44,711 bases of DNA from a virus. Both the position numbers and the translations under genes were made by a program. A model generated the notes under the pieces. The model did not search any database. It was given only the letters and a program-made list of their open reading frames with translations, and was not told where the DNA came from. Below are positions 7,074 through 15,108 of the stretch, in pieces; position 1 is the first letter of the stretch; every line of letters begins with the position of its first letter. The stretch lies in the IMG/VR virus record IMGVR_UViG_3300029400_000004. The stretch is one strand, 5' to 3'.

Positions 7074-7331
7074 ATGGAACATTGCAAAATATGTGGAAGT
7101 CCTTATGTAGAGATACACCACTGTTTACATGGGACAGCAAACAGGAAGAAAGCTGATAAATACAATTTAGTTATTCCTTTATGCCACGAACACCACACAG
7201 GCGGTAAACAATCCGCACATTTAAATGCCAGATATGACCTTATGTATAAGAAGATGGCACAAAAGGCATTTGAAGAAAAGATAGGCACGAGAGAAGAGTT
7301 TATAAAGGATTTTGGTAAGTCATGGCTGTAA
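7074..7331 (+). CDS. Small HNH-fold/zinc-finger putative nuclease (YbcO/NinG-like)
   Basis: CKICG..EIHHCLHG...LCHEHH motif. Sits directly before rusA, as ybcO/ninG do in lambdoid phages. Start uncertain (TTG 7041 is possible). Confidence 0.5.
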   Translation: MEHCKICGSPYVEIHHCLHGTANRKKADKYNLVIPLCHEHHTGGKQSAHLNARYDLMYKKMAQKAFEEKIGTREEFIKDFGKSWL

Positions 7332-7699
7332 CATATACGATTCAAGGCAGACTGGACGGATTAAACGATTATACACGATCATGCAGGACTAACGCATATA
7401 AAGGTGCTGACTGCAAGAAAAAGAATCAAAGAATCTGTAAATACAGCATACCGTTATGGTTACGCAAAAAGAAATTGAATTTCCCAGTGATCGTTGAGAT
7501 TACATGGTATGAAAAAAATAAAAGACGTGATCCAGACAATGTTGCATTTGCTAAGAAATTTGTCTTAGACAGTCTAGTAGAATCTGGAACATTCCCCGGA
7601 GACGGACAGAGGTATGTACTAGGATTTATAGACCACTTTAGAGTAGATTCGAAAAATCCAAGGATAGAAATTACTATTCATGAGGATAACGATAAATAA
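7322..7699 (+). CDS. rusA: RusA-family Holliday junction resolvase
   Basis: 125 aa. ..KRRDPDNVAFAKKFVLDSLVESGTFPGDGQRYV.. is the typical RusA D-x-D-N region. Confidence 0.8.
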   Translation: MAVTYTIQGRLDGLNDYTRSCRTNAYKGADCKKKNQRICKYSIPLWLRKKKLNFPVIVEITWYEKNKRRDPDNVAFAKKFVLDSLVESGTFPGDGQRYVLGFIDHFRVDSKNPRIEITIHEDNDK

Positions 7700-7716
7700 A
7701 TGTAGGAGGGCAGTGA

Positions 7717-8499
7717 ATGAACATAAATATAAATACAGACTGGGAATGGTATGAAAACACAAATGTATTTAGATTGTTTTACCACTGCCTACTACATACA
7801 AATTTAGAGGACAAGCGGTACTGCGGAAAAGAGATAAAGGCAGGACAATTTGTATCTTCGATAACAAGAATCAGTGCAGAGACAGGATTAACAGAATCGC
7901 AGGTCCGAACAGCACTAAAGAAACTAAAGGACACTGGGTATTTATCCACAAAAAGCACAAATAGACACACGATATACACAGTTAACGACTACGAAAAGTA
8001 CATAGATTGTGGACAAGTTGTAGAAGCAACTGCCAAGGTTGAAAATGGAACAAAAATGGAACAACCAGTGGAACGAAAAATGGAACAAACAGACAAAAAC
8101 GCAAAGAAAAATTGCGAGAAATCAAAAGAAAATTGCGAGAAGTCAAACAAAAAAGCAATCAATGAATGTTTTGAAAAGCTCTGGAAACAGTACCCGAATA
8201 AACGTGGTAAGGGGCAGGTATCCGATGCAAAGAAAAAGACTCTGTATGAGATAGGAGAAGAAAAAATAGAAAGAGCCTTGAAAAGGTATCTGGATGATTT
8301 ATCTAAGGACAGTAGTTGGAGAAAACCACAGAACGGTTCGACATTCTTTAACAGCGGTTACGTGGACTACCTTGACGAGAACTACGAGAAACCACCAGAA
8401 CCGAAGCCACAGCGGAATCCTGCAAGTGTCTTAGAGTGCGAGAGAGACTATGACTTTGATGATTTAGAAATGCAGTTACTACATAAGCAATTAGAGTAA
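7717..8499 (+). CDS. Putative replisome organiser / replication initiator (winged-helix N-domain)
   Basis: 260 aa. N-terminal wHTH-like region (ISAETGLTESQVRTALKKLKDTGYL) and C-terminal FEKLWKQYPNKRGKG motif common in phage replication proteins. Iterons lie in the inter-domain linker. Confidence 0.6.
   Translation: MNININTDWEWYENTNVFRLFYHCLLHTNLEDKRYCGKEIKAGQFVSSITRISAETGLTESQVRTALKKLKDTGYLSTKSTNRHTIYTVNDYEKYIDCGQVVEATAKVENGTKMEQPVERKMEQTDKNAKKNCEKSKENCEKSNKKAINECFEKLWKQYPNKRGKGQVSDAKKKTLYEIGEEKIERALKRYLDDLSKDSSWRKPQNGSTFFNSGYVDYLDENYEKPPEPKPQRNPASVLECERDYDFDDLEMQLLHKQLE
8046..8087 (+). repeat. Four phased TGGAAC(A/G) iterons inside the replication gene (candidate origin)
   Basis: Motif starts at 8046, 8057, 8069 and 8081. 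Followed by two direct repeats of about 21 bp, GAAAA(A)TTGCGAGAA(A/G)TCAAA, at 8106-8147. Confidence 0.6.
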
Positions 8500-8519
8500 G
8501 GAAAAAGGAGTGATGGAAA

Positions 8520-8852
8520 ATGTATCAAATGAGTTTTTTTGGTAATGAAACAGCACTTAGAAGCCATTCCATTACCAAGCAGACTAGAAGAGAATCCAAC
8601 AAAAAGATTAATAAAGAAGCAATACATATATTAATTCTTGAACAGCTCGAATACGGAGCAATGACAGCACGAGAGATCGCAACAGTGTTGTATAAGCACA
8701 AAAAAGTGTTAGAACCGACAAGGCAGCAGGTACAACCACGGCTAACAGAGTTAGTACAGGATGGACGTATTGAGGTATGCGGTAAACGACACGACAGCCT
8801 AACAGACAGAAATGTAGCAATCTACAGAAAGGTGGCTAAAGATGGGGTATAA
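8520..8852 (+). CDS. Winged-helix DNA-binding protein, function unknown
   Basis: 110 aa with a MarR-like wHTH (GAMTAREIATVLYKH...RLTELVQDGRI). RBS AAAGGAG. Confidence 0.6.
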   Translation: MYQMSFFGNETALRSHSITKQTRRESNKKINKEAIHILILEQLEYGAMTAREIATVLYKHKKVLEPTRQQVQPRLTELVQDGRIEVCGKRHDSLTDRNVAIYRKVAKDGV

Positions 8853-9222
8853 AAAAATAAGCAAAGATCTTAAGAGAAAAATCCTTAAAGAAGTAGAAGA
8901 AACGAAAGAGGTTACTTCTGTTGCGAAAAAATACGGAGTAGACCCATCAAGCATCTTCAAGTGGAAAAAATACGGTATCGAAGCAAAGCGGAGAGAGTAC
9001 ACAAAAGAGTTTCGCAAACAAGTTGTCAAAGAAAAGGTAGTTAAGAAGCTACATGTACAGGAATGTGGAGCAATTTATGGAGTACCTGGTTATCTTGTTA
9101 GATTCTGGGAAGATGAATTAGTGGAAGAAGTCAAAGAAGAGATTCGGCAAAGCCGATTCAAAAAGAAGCAACACGAACGAAGATTTGTTCATGTAACGTC
9201 ACATTCTGGTTATTGGAAATAG
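8842..9222 (+). CDS. Protein with two tandem HTH motifs (transposase-OrfA/TerS-like HTH)
   Basis: 126 aa. TSVAKKYGVDPSSIFKWKK and a second ECGAIYGVPGYLVRFWE. Confidence 0.55.
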   Translation: MGYKKISKDLKRKILKEVEETKEVTSVAKKYGVDPSSIFKWKKYGIEAKRREYTKEFRKQVVKEKVVKKLHVQECGAIYGVPGYLVRFWEDELVEEVKEEIRQSRFKKKQHERRFVHVTSHSGYWK

Positions 9223-9240
9223 AAAAGGAGACATGAAAAA

Positions 9241-10440
9241 ATGAAAGGTTATAAGGCATTTGACAAAGGATTAATTTGTAAAGACAAACAGTACAAAGAA
9301 AATGAAGTTTTCGAGGAAGAAAAGGCGGTTCCATGCCATAGAGGTATGCACTTCTGCAAAAATCCATTCGATGTTCTTAATTATTATGATCTGGTAGACG
9401 ATAACGGAGAATTTTCGGATTTTGCGGAAGTAGAAGCACCAGACGATGCAGAGGTAAAAACAGACGATAATATCAAATATTGCACAACAAAGCTTAAAGT
9501 TGGAGCAAAGTTTTCTTTTGCAGGATTTGTTAAAACTTGCGTTGATTTTGTGATTGAGAAAACACAGACAGAGAAACCAGACTCTGGGAACTCCGCAAAG
9601 ATTGGTAGCTCTGGATACTCCGCACAGATTGGTAGCTCTGGGAACTACGCAAAGATTGGTAGCTCTGGGAACTCCGCAAAGATTGGTAGCTCTGGATACT
9701 CCGCACAGATTGGTAGCTCTGGGAACTCCGCAAAGATTGGTAGCTCTGGGAACTCCGCAAAGATTGGTAGCTCTGGGAACTCCGCAAAGATTGGTAGCTC
9801 TGGGGACTCCGCACAGATTGGTAGCTCTGGGAACTCCGCACAGATTGGTAGCTCTGGGAACTCCGCACAGATTGGTAGCTCTGGGGACTCCGCACAGATT
9901 GGTAGCTCTGGGAACTCCGCAAAGATTGGTAGCTCTGGATACTCCGCACAGATTGGTAGCTCTGGGAACTCCGCACAGATTGGTAGCTCTGGATACTCCG
10001 CACAGATTGGTAGCTCTGGGGACTCCGCACAGATTGGTAGCTCTGGGAACTACGCAAAGATTGGTAGCTCTGGATACTCCGCACAGATTGGTAGCTCTGG
10101 GAACTCCGCACAGATTGGTAGCTCTGGGAACTCCGCAAAGATTGGTAGCTCTGGATACTCCGCACAGATTGGTAGCTCTGGGAACTCCGCACAGATTGGT
10201 AGCTCTGGGGACTACGCAAAGATTAAAAGCACAGGATACGACAGTGTTATTTGTTGTGCAGGGGATGATAGTTGCGTAAGTGCTAAAAAAGGAAGTTGGA
10301 TTACTCTTGCGGAATGGAAATACAGCTATGAGAAAGGTATGTATGTTCCTAAATGTGTAAAGACAGAGTATGTGGATGGAGAGAGAATCAAAGAAGACAC
10401 GATGTACAAATTAATTGATGGAGAATTTACAGAAGTTTAG
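9241..10440 (+). CDS. Repeat protein: conserved N-terminal domain plus 24 tandem 9-aa SG[NYD][SY]A[KQ]IGS units (predicted beta-solenoid)
   Basis: 399-aa ORF with RBS AAAGGAGA. N-terminus MKGYKAFDKGLICKDKQYKENEVFEE..CHRGMHFCKNPFDVLNYY matches a recurrent uncharacterised phage/Firmicutes family. Confidence 0.8.
   Translation: MKGYKAFDKGLICKDKQYKENEVFEEEKAVPCHRGMHFCKNPFDVLNYYDLVDDNGEFSDFAEVEAPDDAEVKTDDNIKYCTTKLKVGAKFSFAGFVKTCVDFVIEKTQTEKPDSGNSAKIGSSGYSAQIGSSGNYAKIGSSGNSAKIGSSGYSAQIGSSGNSAKIGSSGNSAKIGSSGNSAKIGSSGDSAQIGSSGNSAQIGSSGNSAQIGSSGDSAQIGSSGNSAKIGSSGYSAQIGSSGNSAQIGSSGYSAQIGSSGDSAQIGSSGNYAKIGSSGYSAQIGSSGNSAQIGSSGNSAKIGSSGYSAQIGSSGNSAQIGSSGDYAKIKSTGYDSVICCAGDDSCVSAKKGSWITLAEWKYSYEKGMYVPKCVKTEYVDGERIKEDTMYKLIDGEFTEV
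9583..10230 (+). repeat. 24 head-to-tail copies of a 27-bp unit (coding)
   Basis: Unit TCTGGGAACTCCGCAAAGATTGGTAGC. Variation is confined to 3 codons. Two further degenerate units follow. Confidence 0.95.
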
Positions 10441-10455
10441 TAACTAAATAGCTTT

Positions 10456-10559
10456 TTTTCTGGCTTGAGTCTCTGCCTAACGAAACTATAAATAATGTTT
10501 TTGTATTTTTCAGATTTTTTCATTTTTCATCTTATTAGGCAGAGACTCAAGCCAGAAAA
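10456..10559. repeat. Perfect 25-bp inverted repeat with a 54-nt AT-rich spacer
   Basis: TTTTCTGGCTTGAGTCTCTGCCTAA (10456-10480) pairs with TTAGGCAGAGACTCAAGCCAGAAAA (10535-10559). No U-tract outside the stem. Confidence 0.9.
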
Positions 10560-10718
10560 GGCTTGTTGCACAGCAGGATTTTTATATACCACACGAACAA
10601 TTAAATAAGAATCCTCGCAACGCATAAGCAACAAAACTCTTTAATTATTTGTTGTATAAGTCATGATTTCCCCTGCTATTAACGGCAGGGGAGAGAATGG
10701 ACAGTAAAGGAGTAAGAA

Positions 10719-11120
10719 ATGCAAATTTATAATATAGAAACGAAAGCAATTATAAGCGGAGAAGAAATAAAAGAATTAGATGATTGCTTTATTTTGACAA
10801 ACACTGACGAGAGAAATGATATGCAGACAACTATCAGATGCTTGAAACCAACATGGAACAAAGTAATTTGTAAAGAAACGTGTTTACAGCGTATTGCAAG
10901 TCAGCTAAATCAACTTACACAAGAAACAGTTATAGCTGTTGAAGAATCAAGCAATAATACAGATGCACTTATATTGAAGATAACATTAAAAGACGTTAGA
11001 GTGAAAATTTTATTAGTATATAACAAGCAAAACAAAACAGTATACATTGACAATTGGCTTATCAGCAATGGCTATTTAGAAAGAGCCATAGAAGATTATT
11101 TAAAAAATAAGGAGAACTAA
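10719..11120 (+). CDS. Hypothetical protein
   Basis: 133-aa ORF with RBS AAAGGAG. Confidence 0.65.
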   Translation: MQIYNIETKAIISGEEIKELDDCFILTNTDERNDMQTTIRCLKPTWNKVICKETCLQRIASQLNQLTQETVIAVEESSNNTDALILKITLKDVRVKILLVYNKQNKTVYIDNWLISNGYLERAIEDYLKNKEN

Positions 11121-11122
11121 CT

Positions 11123-11401
11123 ATGAAAAAGAAATTATTAGCGATCACATTAAGCACATTGGTTTTAACAGGAATGACAGGCTGTGCATCCTTTAGTCGT
11201 GGATGGGTAGACCTTAAATCTGACATGAACAACGGATTGGAAAGAACTATTGTAGTATATACAGCAGACGGACAGAAGATTGCAAGCTACAAGGGAAAGA
11301 TTGACATTCAAGATAGTGATGGATTCATCAAGTTTGACTACAAAGGCAAGAGATACATCTACTACAACTGTTTTGTAGAGAGTATCGCAGATATTGATTA
11401 G
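11123..11401 (+). CDS. Small lipoprotein
   Basis: Signal peptide MKKKLLAITLSTLVLTGMTG-C with a lipobox-like MTGC. RBS AAGGAG. Confidence 0.7.
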   Translation: MKKKLLAITLSTLVLTGMTGCASFSRGWVDLKSDMNNGLERTIVVYTADGQKIASYKGKIDIQDSDGFIKFDYKGKRYIYYNCFVESIADID

Positions 11402-11427
11402 AAGTACAGGAAAAGGAAGTGGAGAAA

Positions 11428-11916
11428 ATGGGAATTAAAAATCTAACAGAAGCAGAAGAAAAAGAGTTTTACAGACTTGTTGGGAAGATGAATGGGGAAG
11501 AAACAGACAAGGAACAGGATGTAAAGGTAAAGAAACCAGAGATTGGGACACGTTATTTTTATTTGGATAGCGTTGGAGACATTGTAAATGCAGTTTGGGA
11601 TGATACCGAATACGATAATACAAGATGGGATCTTGGAAACGTATTTCTGACAGAAAAAGAAATAGTATTTGCTATAGAGAAAAGAAAAGTAGAAGTTGAA
11701 CTTGAGCGGTATGCAAAGGAACACAATGGCCCAACACTCGAAGATAGTTATTTCATTTTGTATGATGAATACAATGAAGAAATTGATTATGATGTGTGGG
11801 CTGATTACAGACCACAGGGAGCGGTGGTATTTGCATCAAAACAACTTGTATTTGATGCAATCGAAGCAGTAGGAAAAGAAAGAATACTCAAGTACATCTT
11901 TGGGGTAGAAAGTTAG
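11428..11916 (+). CDS. Hypothetical protein
   Basis: ORF track starts at GTG 11419. ATG 11428 is preferred. Confidence 0.6.
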   Translation: MGIKNLTEAEEKEFYRLVGKMNGEETDKEQDVKVKKPEIGTRYFYLDSVGDIVNAVWDDTEYDNTRWDLGNVFLTEKEIVFAIEKRKVEVELERYAKEHNGPTLEDSYFILYDEYNEEIDYDVWADYRPQGAVVFASKQLVFDAIEAVGKERILKYIFGVES

Positions 11917-11924
11917 GGAGAGGA

Positions 11925-12305
11925 ATGAATTTTACAAAAGCGTTCGCAGTATTTATGCAAATTGATTCAAAGGAGTTTACGGAAGATGAAAAATATGAAG
12001 CAATACAGCAGGTATTAGATGCAGCGACAATAAACAGTATCACAAAAAAGCAGGTGTTAGATGTAGTGTCTTACCTATTTGACGAGCAAAACAAATACAG
12101 ATGGCACGACTTAAGAAAGAATCCTGCTGATCTGCCAGAAGATAACAAAGATGTTTTAGTAACTATAAAAGGCGGTTGCGTAAACAGAACATGGCATGAT
12201 TCCTGCGGATGGAGAAATGCAACAGCCAAAAAGGCAAGGTACTATAGTAACGATAGGGTTATTGCATGGAAAGAAATAAAGGAATTTGAAAATGAGGAGA
12301 TTTAA
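11925..12305 (+). CDS. Hypothetical protein (DUF551-like C-terminal pattern)
   Basis: 126-aa ORF. ..RWHDLRKNPADLPEDNKDVLV.. resembles DUF551 phage proteins. Confidence 0.55.
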   Translation: MNFTKAFAVFMQIDSKEFTEDEKYEAIQQVLDAATINSITKKQVLDVVSYLFDEQNKYRWHDLRKNPADLPEDNKDVLVTIKGGCVNRTWHDSCGWRNATAKKARYYSNDRVIAWKEIKEFENEEI

Positions 12306-12306
12306 A

Positions 12307-12483
12307 ATGCCAACAGCAAGGTGCAAATGGTGTAATAGTTGGTTATTCAATGAGGACATCGGAAGAGAGTATATACAAATAAATTCAGATATGAAAATAC
12401 AAAGCAAATTTATTTGTCTTAAGTGCGAATGTGAGTTAAGAAAAGAAGATTTCTTTGAGCCGTACAGAAGTATGATGAAGTAA
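12307..12483 (+). CDS. Zinc-ribbon mini-protein (58 aa)
   Basis: CKWC...CLKCEC. Start moved to ATG 12307, 7 nt after GAGGAG. Confidence 0.55.
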   Translation: MPTARCKWCNSWLFNEDIGREYIQINSDMKIQSKFICLKCECELRKEDFFEPYRSMMK

Positions 12484-12496
12484 AGGAGAAAGAACA

Positions 12497-12718
12497 ATGA
12501 AAATAGTTGACATCAACACATTAAAAGGTTCAGACAGACACGGCAGTTGTATAGAGTGCGAAAAAGATTTTGCAGAAGATAAAGGAATGAAAAGAATCAT
12601 TTTCGGAACAGATCAGAAGCGTACCATCTTCTTATGTGACAAATGTTACCATGATTTATTAAAAGAGATGACCAAGAAAAGATTAAAAGAAATGGGGGTT
12701 GAAATATGCAGAAAATAA
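12497..12718 (+). CDS. Zinc-ribbon mini-protein (73 aa)
   Basis: CIEC...CDKCYH. RBS AAAGGAG. Confidence 0.6.
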   Translation: MKIVDINTLKGSDRHGSCIECEKDFAEDKGMKRIIFGTDQKRTIFLCDKCYHDLLKEMTKKRLKEMGVEICRK

Positions 12719-12924
12719 CAAAATGCCCATACTGTGGAAGTGATCGTGGAATGTTTGCAAAGTTTAAAGCCAATGGAACTGACACATATAGCTTTGATGG
12801 AAAGATGGAAAACAGTGAAGTCACGGATTACTTTAGTTATAACAAAACAATGAGATGCGTGGAATGTAGCAAACGTATTATGAGCTATGAAGAATATGAA
12901 CGTGATTATCTTGTTGAAGATTAG
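12706..12924 (+). CDS. Zinc-ribbon mini-protein (72 aa)
   Basis: CPYCGS...CVECSK. Confidence 0.6.
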   Translation: MQKITKCPYCGSDRGMFAKFKANGTDTYSFDGKMENSEVTDYFSYNKTMRCVECSKRIMSYEEYERDYLVED

Positions 12925-12950
12925 AAGCACAATGAAGTAAAGGAGTATCA

Positions 12951-13854
12951 ATGGACTTAGAACAAAAAGCAATAGAAAGAATCAAAACAGCATCAGAAAT
13001 GAGTCTTGAGTATTACAAACAACCACTTATCTGTACATACAGCGGTGGTAAGGATTCAGATGTATTATTAGAGCTATTCAAACGTTCTGGAGTTCCTTTT
13101 GAAGTACAGCACAGTCACACCACAGCGGATGCACCACAAACAGTATGGCACGTCCGTGACAATTTCAAGAAATTGGAAGAGGGGGGGGATAAAGTGCAGT
13201 ATTAACTATCCAAGGAAGCCAGACGGAACCAGAATAACAATGTGGAATCTTATCCCTAAGAAACTTATGCCACCTACACGGCTAGTAAGATATTGTTGCC
13301 AAGAACTTAAGGAAAACAATGCTAATGGAAGATATATTGCAACAGGTGTTAGATGGGACGAAAGCACAAAAAGAAAGAATATGCGGGACGAGTTTGAAAA
13401 AATTGGGAACAGTAAAAAGACAGCGGAGAAATTTAGCACAGTAATGCTTAGTAACGATAATGATTCCAAAAGAAGAATCACGGAATTGTGCATGCAGAAA
13501 GCAAAAATGACCGTAAATCCTATTGTTGATTGGAAAGAGGAAGATATATGGAACTACATAGATCAAGAGCATATATGCACTAATGAATTGTACCAATGTG
13601 GATATAAAAGAGTTGGATGCATCGGTTGCCCAATGGCAGGCAGAAAAGGAAGATTAAAGGAATTTTACGACTTTCCAACATTCAAACTAAATTATATCAG
13701 AGCATTTGACAGGATGTTAGAAGCAAGAAAAGCAAAGAATCTTCCTACACAGTGGGAATCTGGAGAAGAAGTATTCCTGTGGTGGATAGAAGATAAGAAT
13801 GTTGCAGGGCAAAGAGAATTTAAGGTAGCAGAAAACGGACAACTTATGTGGTAA
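12951..13854 (+). pseudogene. PAPS-reductase-family (adenine nucleotide alpha-hydrolase) protein split by a frameshift in a G8 tract
   Basis: The N-terminal ORF 12951..13205 carries the PP-loop YSGGKDSDV. The rest is in the +1 frame (13099..13854: ..ATGVRWDES.., CIGCPMAG). Removing one G from G8 (13181-13188) gives one continuous 300-aa ORF. Confidence 0.75.
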
Positions 13855-13866
13855 AGGAGAAAGAAC

Positions 13867-14094
13867 ATGGATGTTATCAAACAAATAGATTACATGATCG
13901 CTTGTTTAGAGGTGGCAAAAGAAGAAATCAATTACAAAAAAAGATGGGAAATGAAAATAAAAATGAGAGAGGATAACGACTGGAACTGGTATAAGATACA
14001 CAGGACACCAAACAATGCACTTATCAAAGAAAATCTTAGAAACGTTGGTAGAACAGGATTCAAGCTTGCGAAAGATTTAGAGGTGGGAGAATGA
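13867..14094 (+). CDS. Hypothetical protein
   Basis: 75-aa ORF with RBS AAAGGAG. Confidence 0.6.
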   Translation: MDVIKQIDYMIACLEVAKEEINYKKRWEMKIKMREDNDWNWYKIHRTPNNALIKENLRNVGRTGFKLAKDLEVGE

Positions 14095-14369
14095 AAATAT
14101 ATTCAAATCGAGCTGATAAAAATGTGGACTGTATAAGAACAAGCATGAGAACAGAAAAACACAATAGTTTGCACGTAACATTAAATTTTAGGAGAACTGT
14201 TGGTGTACCAGTTACCATGGAAGAAGAAACAGGCAGTGAAGTGATAATAAATTTTACTGATACTTGCGAACTTGACAATTTTATTATGGCACTGACACAG
14301 CTAAAGGAAATGACAAAGGGTTACTATGGCAAATGGGAGATTGAAAAGGGTAAAGGAGAACGACTATGA
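14091..14369 (+). CDS. Hypothetical protein
   Basis: 92-aa ORF with an ATGA-coupled start. Confidence 0.6.
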   Translation: MKIYSNRADKNVDCIRTSMRTEKHNSLHVTLNFRRTVGVPVTMEEETGSEVIINFTDTCELDNFIMALTQLKEMTKGYYGKWEIEKGKGERL

Positions 14370-14743
14370 CAATTGATGAAATAATAGCTCAGAGATTTCA
14401 ATACGACTTACATGAACGTATTAAAGAGTCAAACATTCCTATTGGACAATTAGACGTAAATTTCAAAGGAGAAAAGGCATTTATAAGAGATAAAATAACA
14501 GGACGTATCGTTGGAGAAGTTGATGTGAAGATTACTATGGAACGATATGAACCTAAAAAAATGACAAGAAGTGAAGTGGAAAAAGCTATACTTGCTTACT
14601 GCGACCCTGTTGCCACACCATGCAAAGAATGCAAATGTTATAAAAAATGTGTAAAAAGGATGCCGTTTGAATGGTTAAGTAACGAGGGATTACAAGAATA
14701 CTATGAATTTTTGTATGGAATCAAAGTGGAGGTAAAGGAATGA
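14366..14743 (+). CDS. Cys-motif protein, paralogue 1 of 3
   Basis: 125 aa. C-terminal YCD..PCKECKCYKKC...LQEYYEFLYGIKVEVKE. Confidence 0.65.
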   Translation: MTIDEIIAQRFQYDLHERIKESNIPIGQLDVNFKGEKAFIRDKITGRIVGEVDVKITMERYEPKKMTRSEVEKAILAYCDPVATPCKECKCYKKCVKRMPFEWLSNEGLQEYYEFLYGIKVEVKE

Positions 14744-15108
14744 CAATAGCGGAGCAGGTGGCACACGACTTTTTAGAAAGCATAGAAAAGATGATTACGG
14801 CAAATAAATTAGATGTTGGAGTATTAGATACGAAAGTTTCTTATCAATCTTGCGAAGAAGCAATGATGAGCGTGACTGATACAAAAACAGGTTCTATTAT
14901 TGCAACAATGAGATTGAATGTAAATACAAACAAATTAAAAAGAGAAATGCAGGAAAAAGAATTAGAAAACTATTGTCGTAAAAGAATCTGCCCTATTTGC
15001 ATTTTTAAAGGGCAAGAACCGTGCATAACGAGAAAGATTAGTTATGGAACAGCTACTTGTAAAGAGGTAGAGGAAAGCTATAGAAAGATGGTGGAGAATA
15101 AAAAATGA
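14740..15108 (+). CDS. Cys-motif protein, paralogue 2 of 3
   Basis: 122 aa. The N-terminal half aligns with paralogue 1 (MTI.E..A..F...I). C-terminal YCRKRICPICIFKGQEPC. Confidence 0.65.
   Translation: MTIAEQVAHDFLESIEKMITANKLDVGVLDTKVSYQSCEEAMMSVTDTKTGSIIATMRLNVNTNKLKREMQEKELENYCRKRICPICIFKGQEPCITRKISYGTATCKEVEESYRKMVENKK

Noticed and set aside
9583-10230. Regular 27-bp periodic array that could be mistaken for a CRISPR array
   Set aside because: The units are contiguous with no spacers. The period is a multiple of 3 and the array lies in frame inside a 399-aa ORF with flanking non-repeat domains. No cas genes or leader are present.
9583-10230. Diversity-generating retroelement as the source of the patterned codon variation (also considered for the fibre cassettes)
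   Set aside because: No reverse transcriptase ORF and no template/variable repeat pair with adenine-specific differences occur anywhere in the window. The variation includes A/T/G and C/A changes.
9530-10279. Long ORFs in other frames or on the other strand across the repeat (9530..10219 minus strand, 9554..10279 plus strand)
   Set aside because: They are artefacts of a stop-free 27-bp repeat. Their products are pure low-complexity repeats with no RBS or start context. The 9241 frame has proper N- and C-terminal domains.
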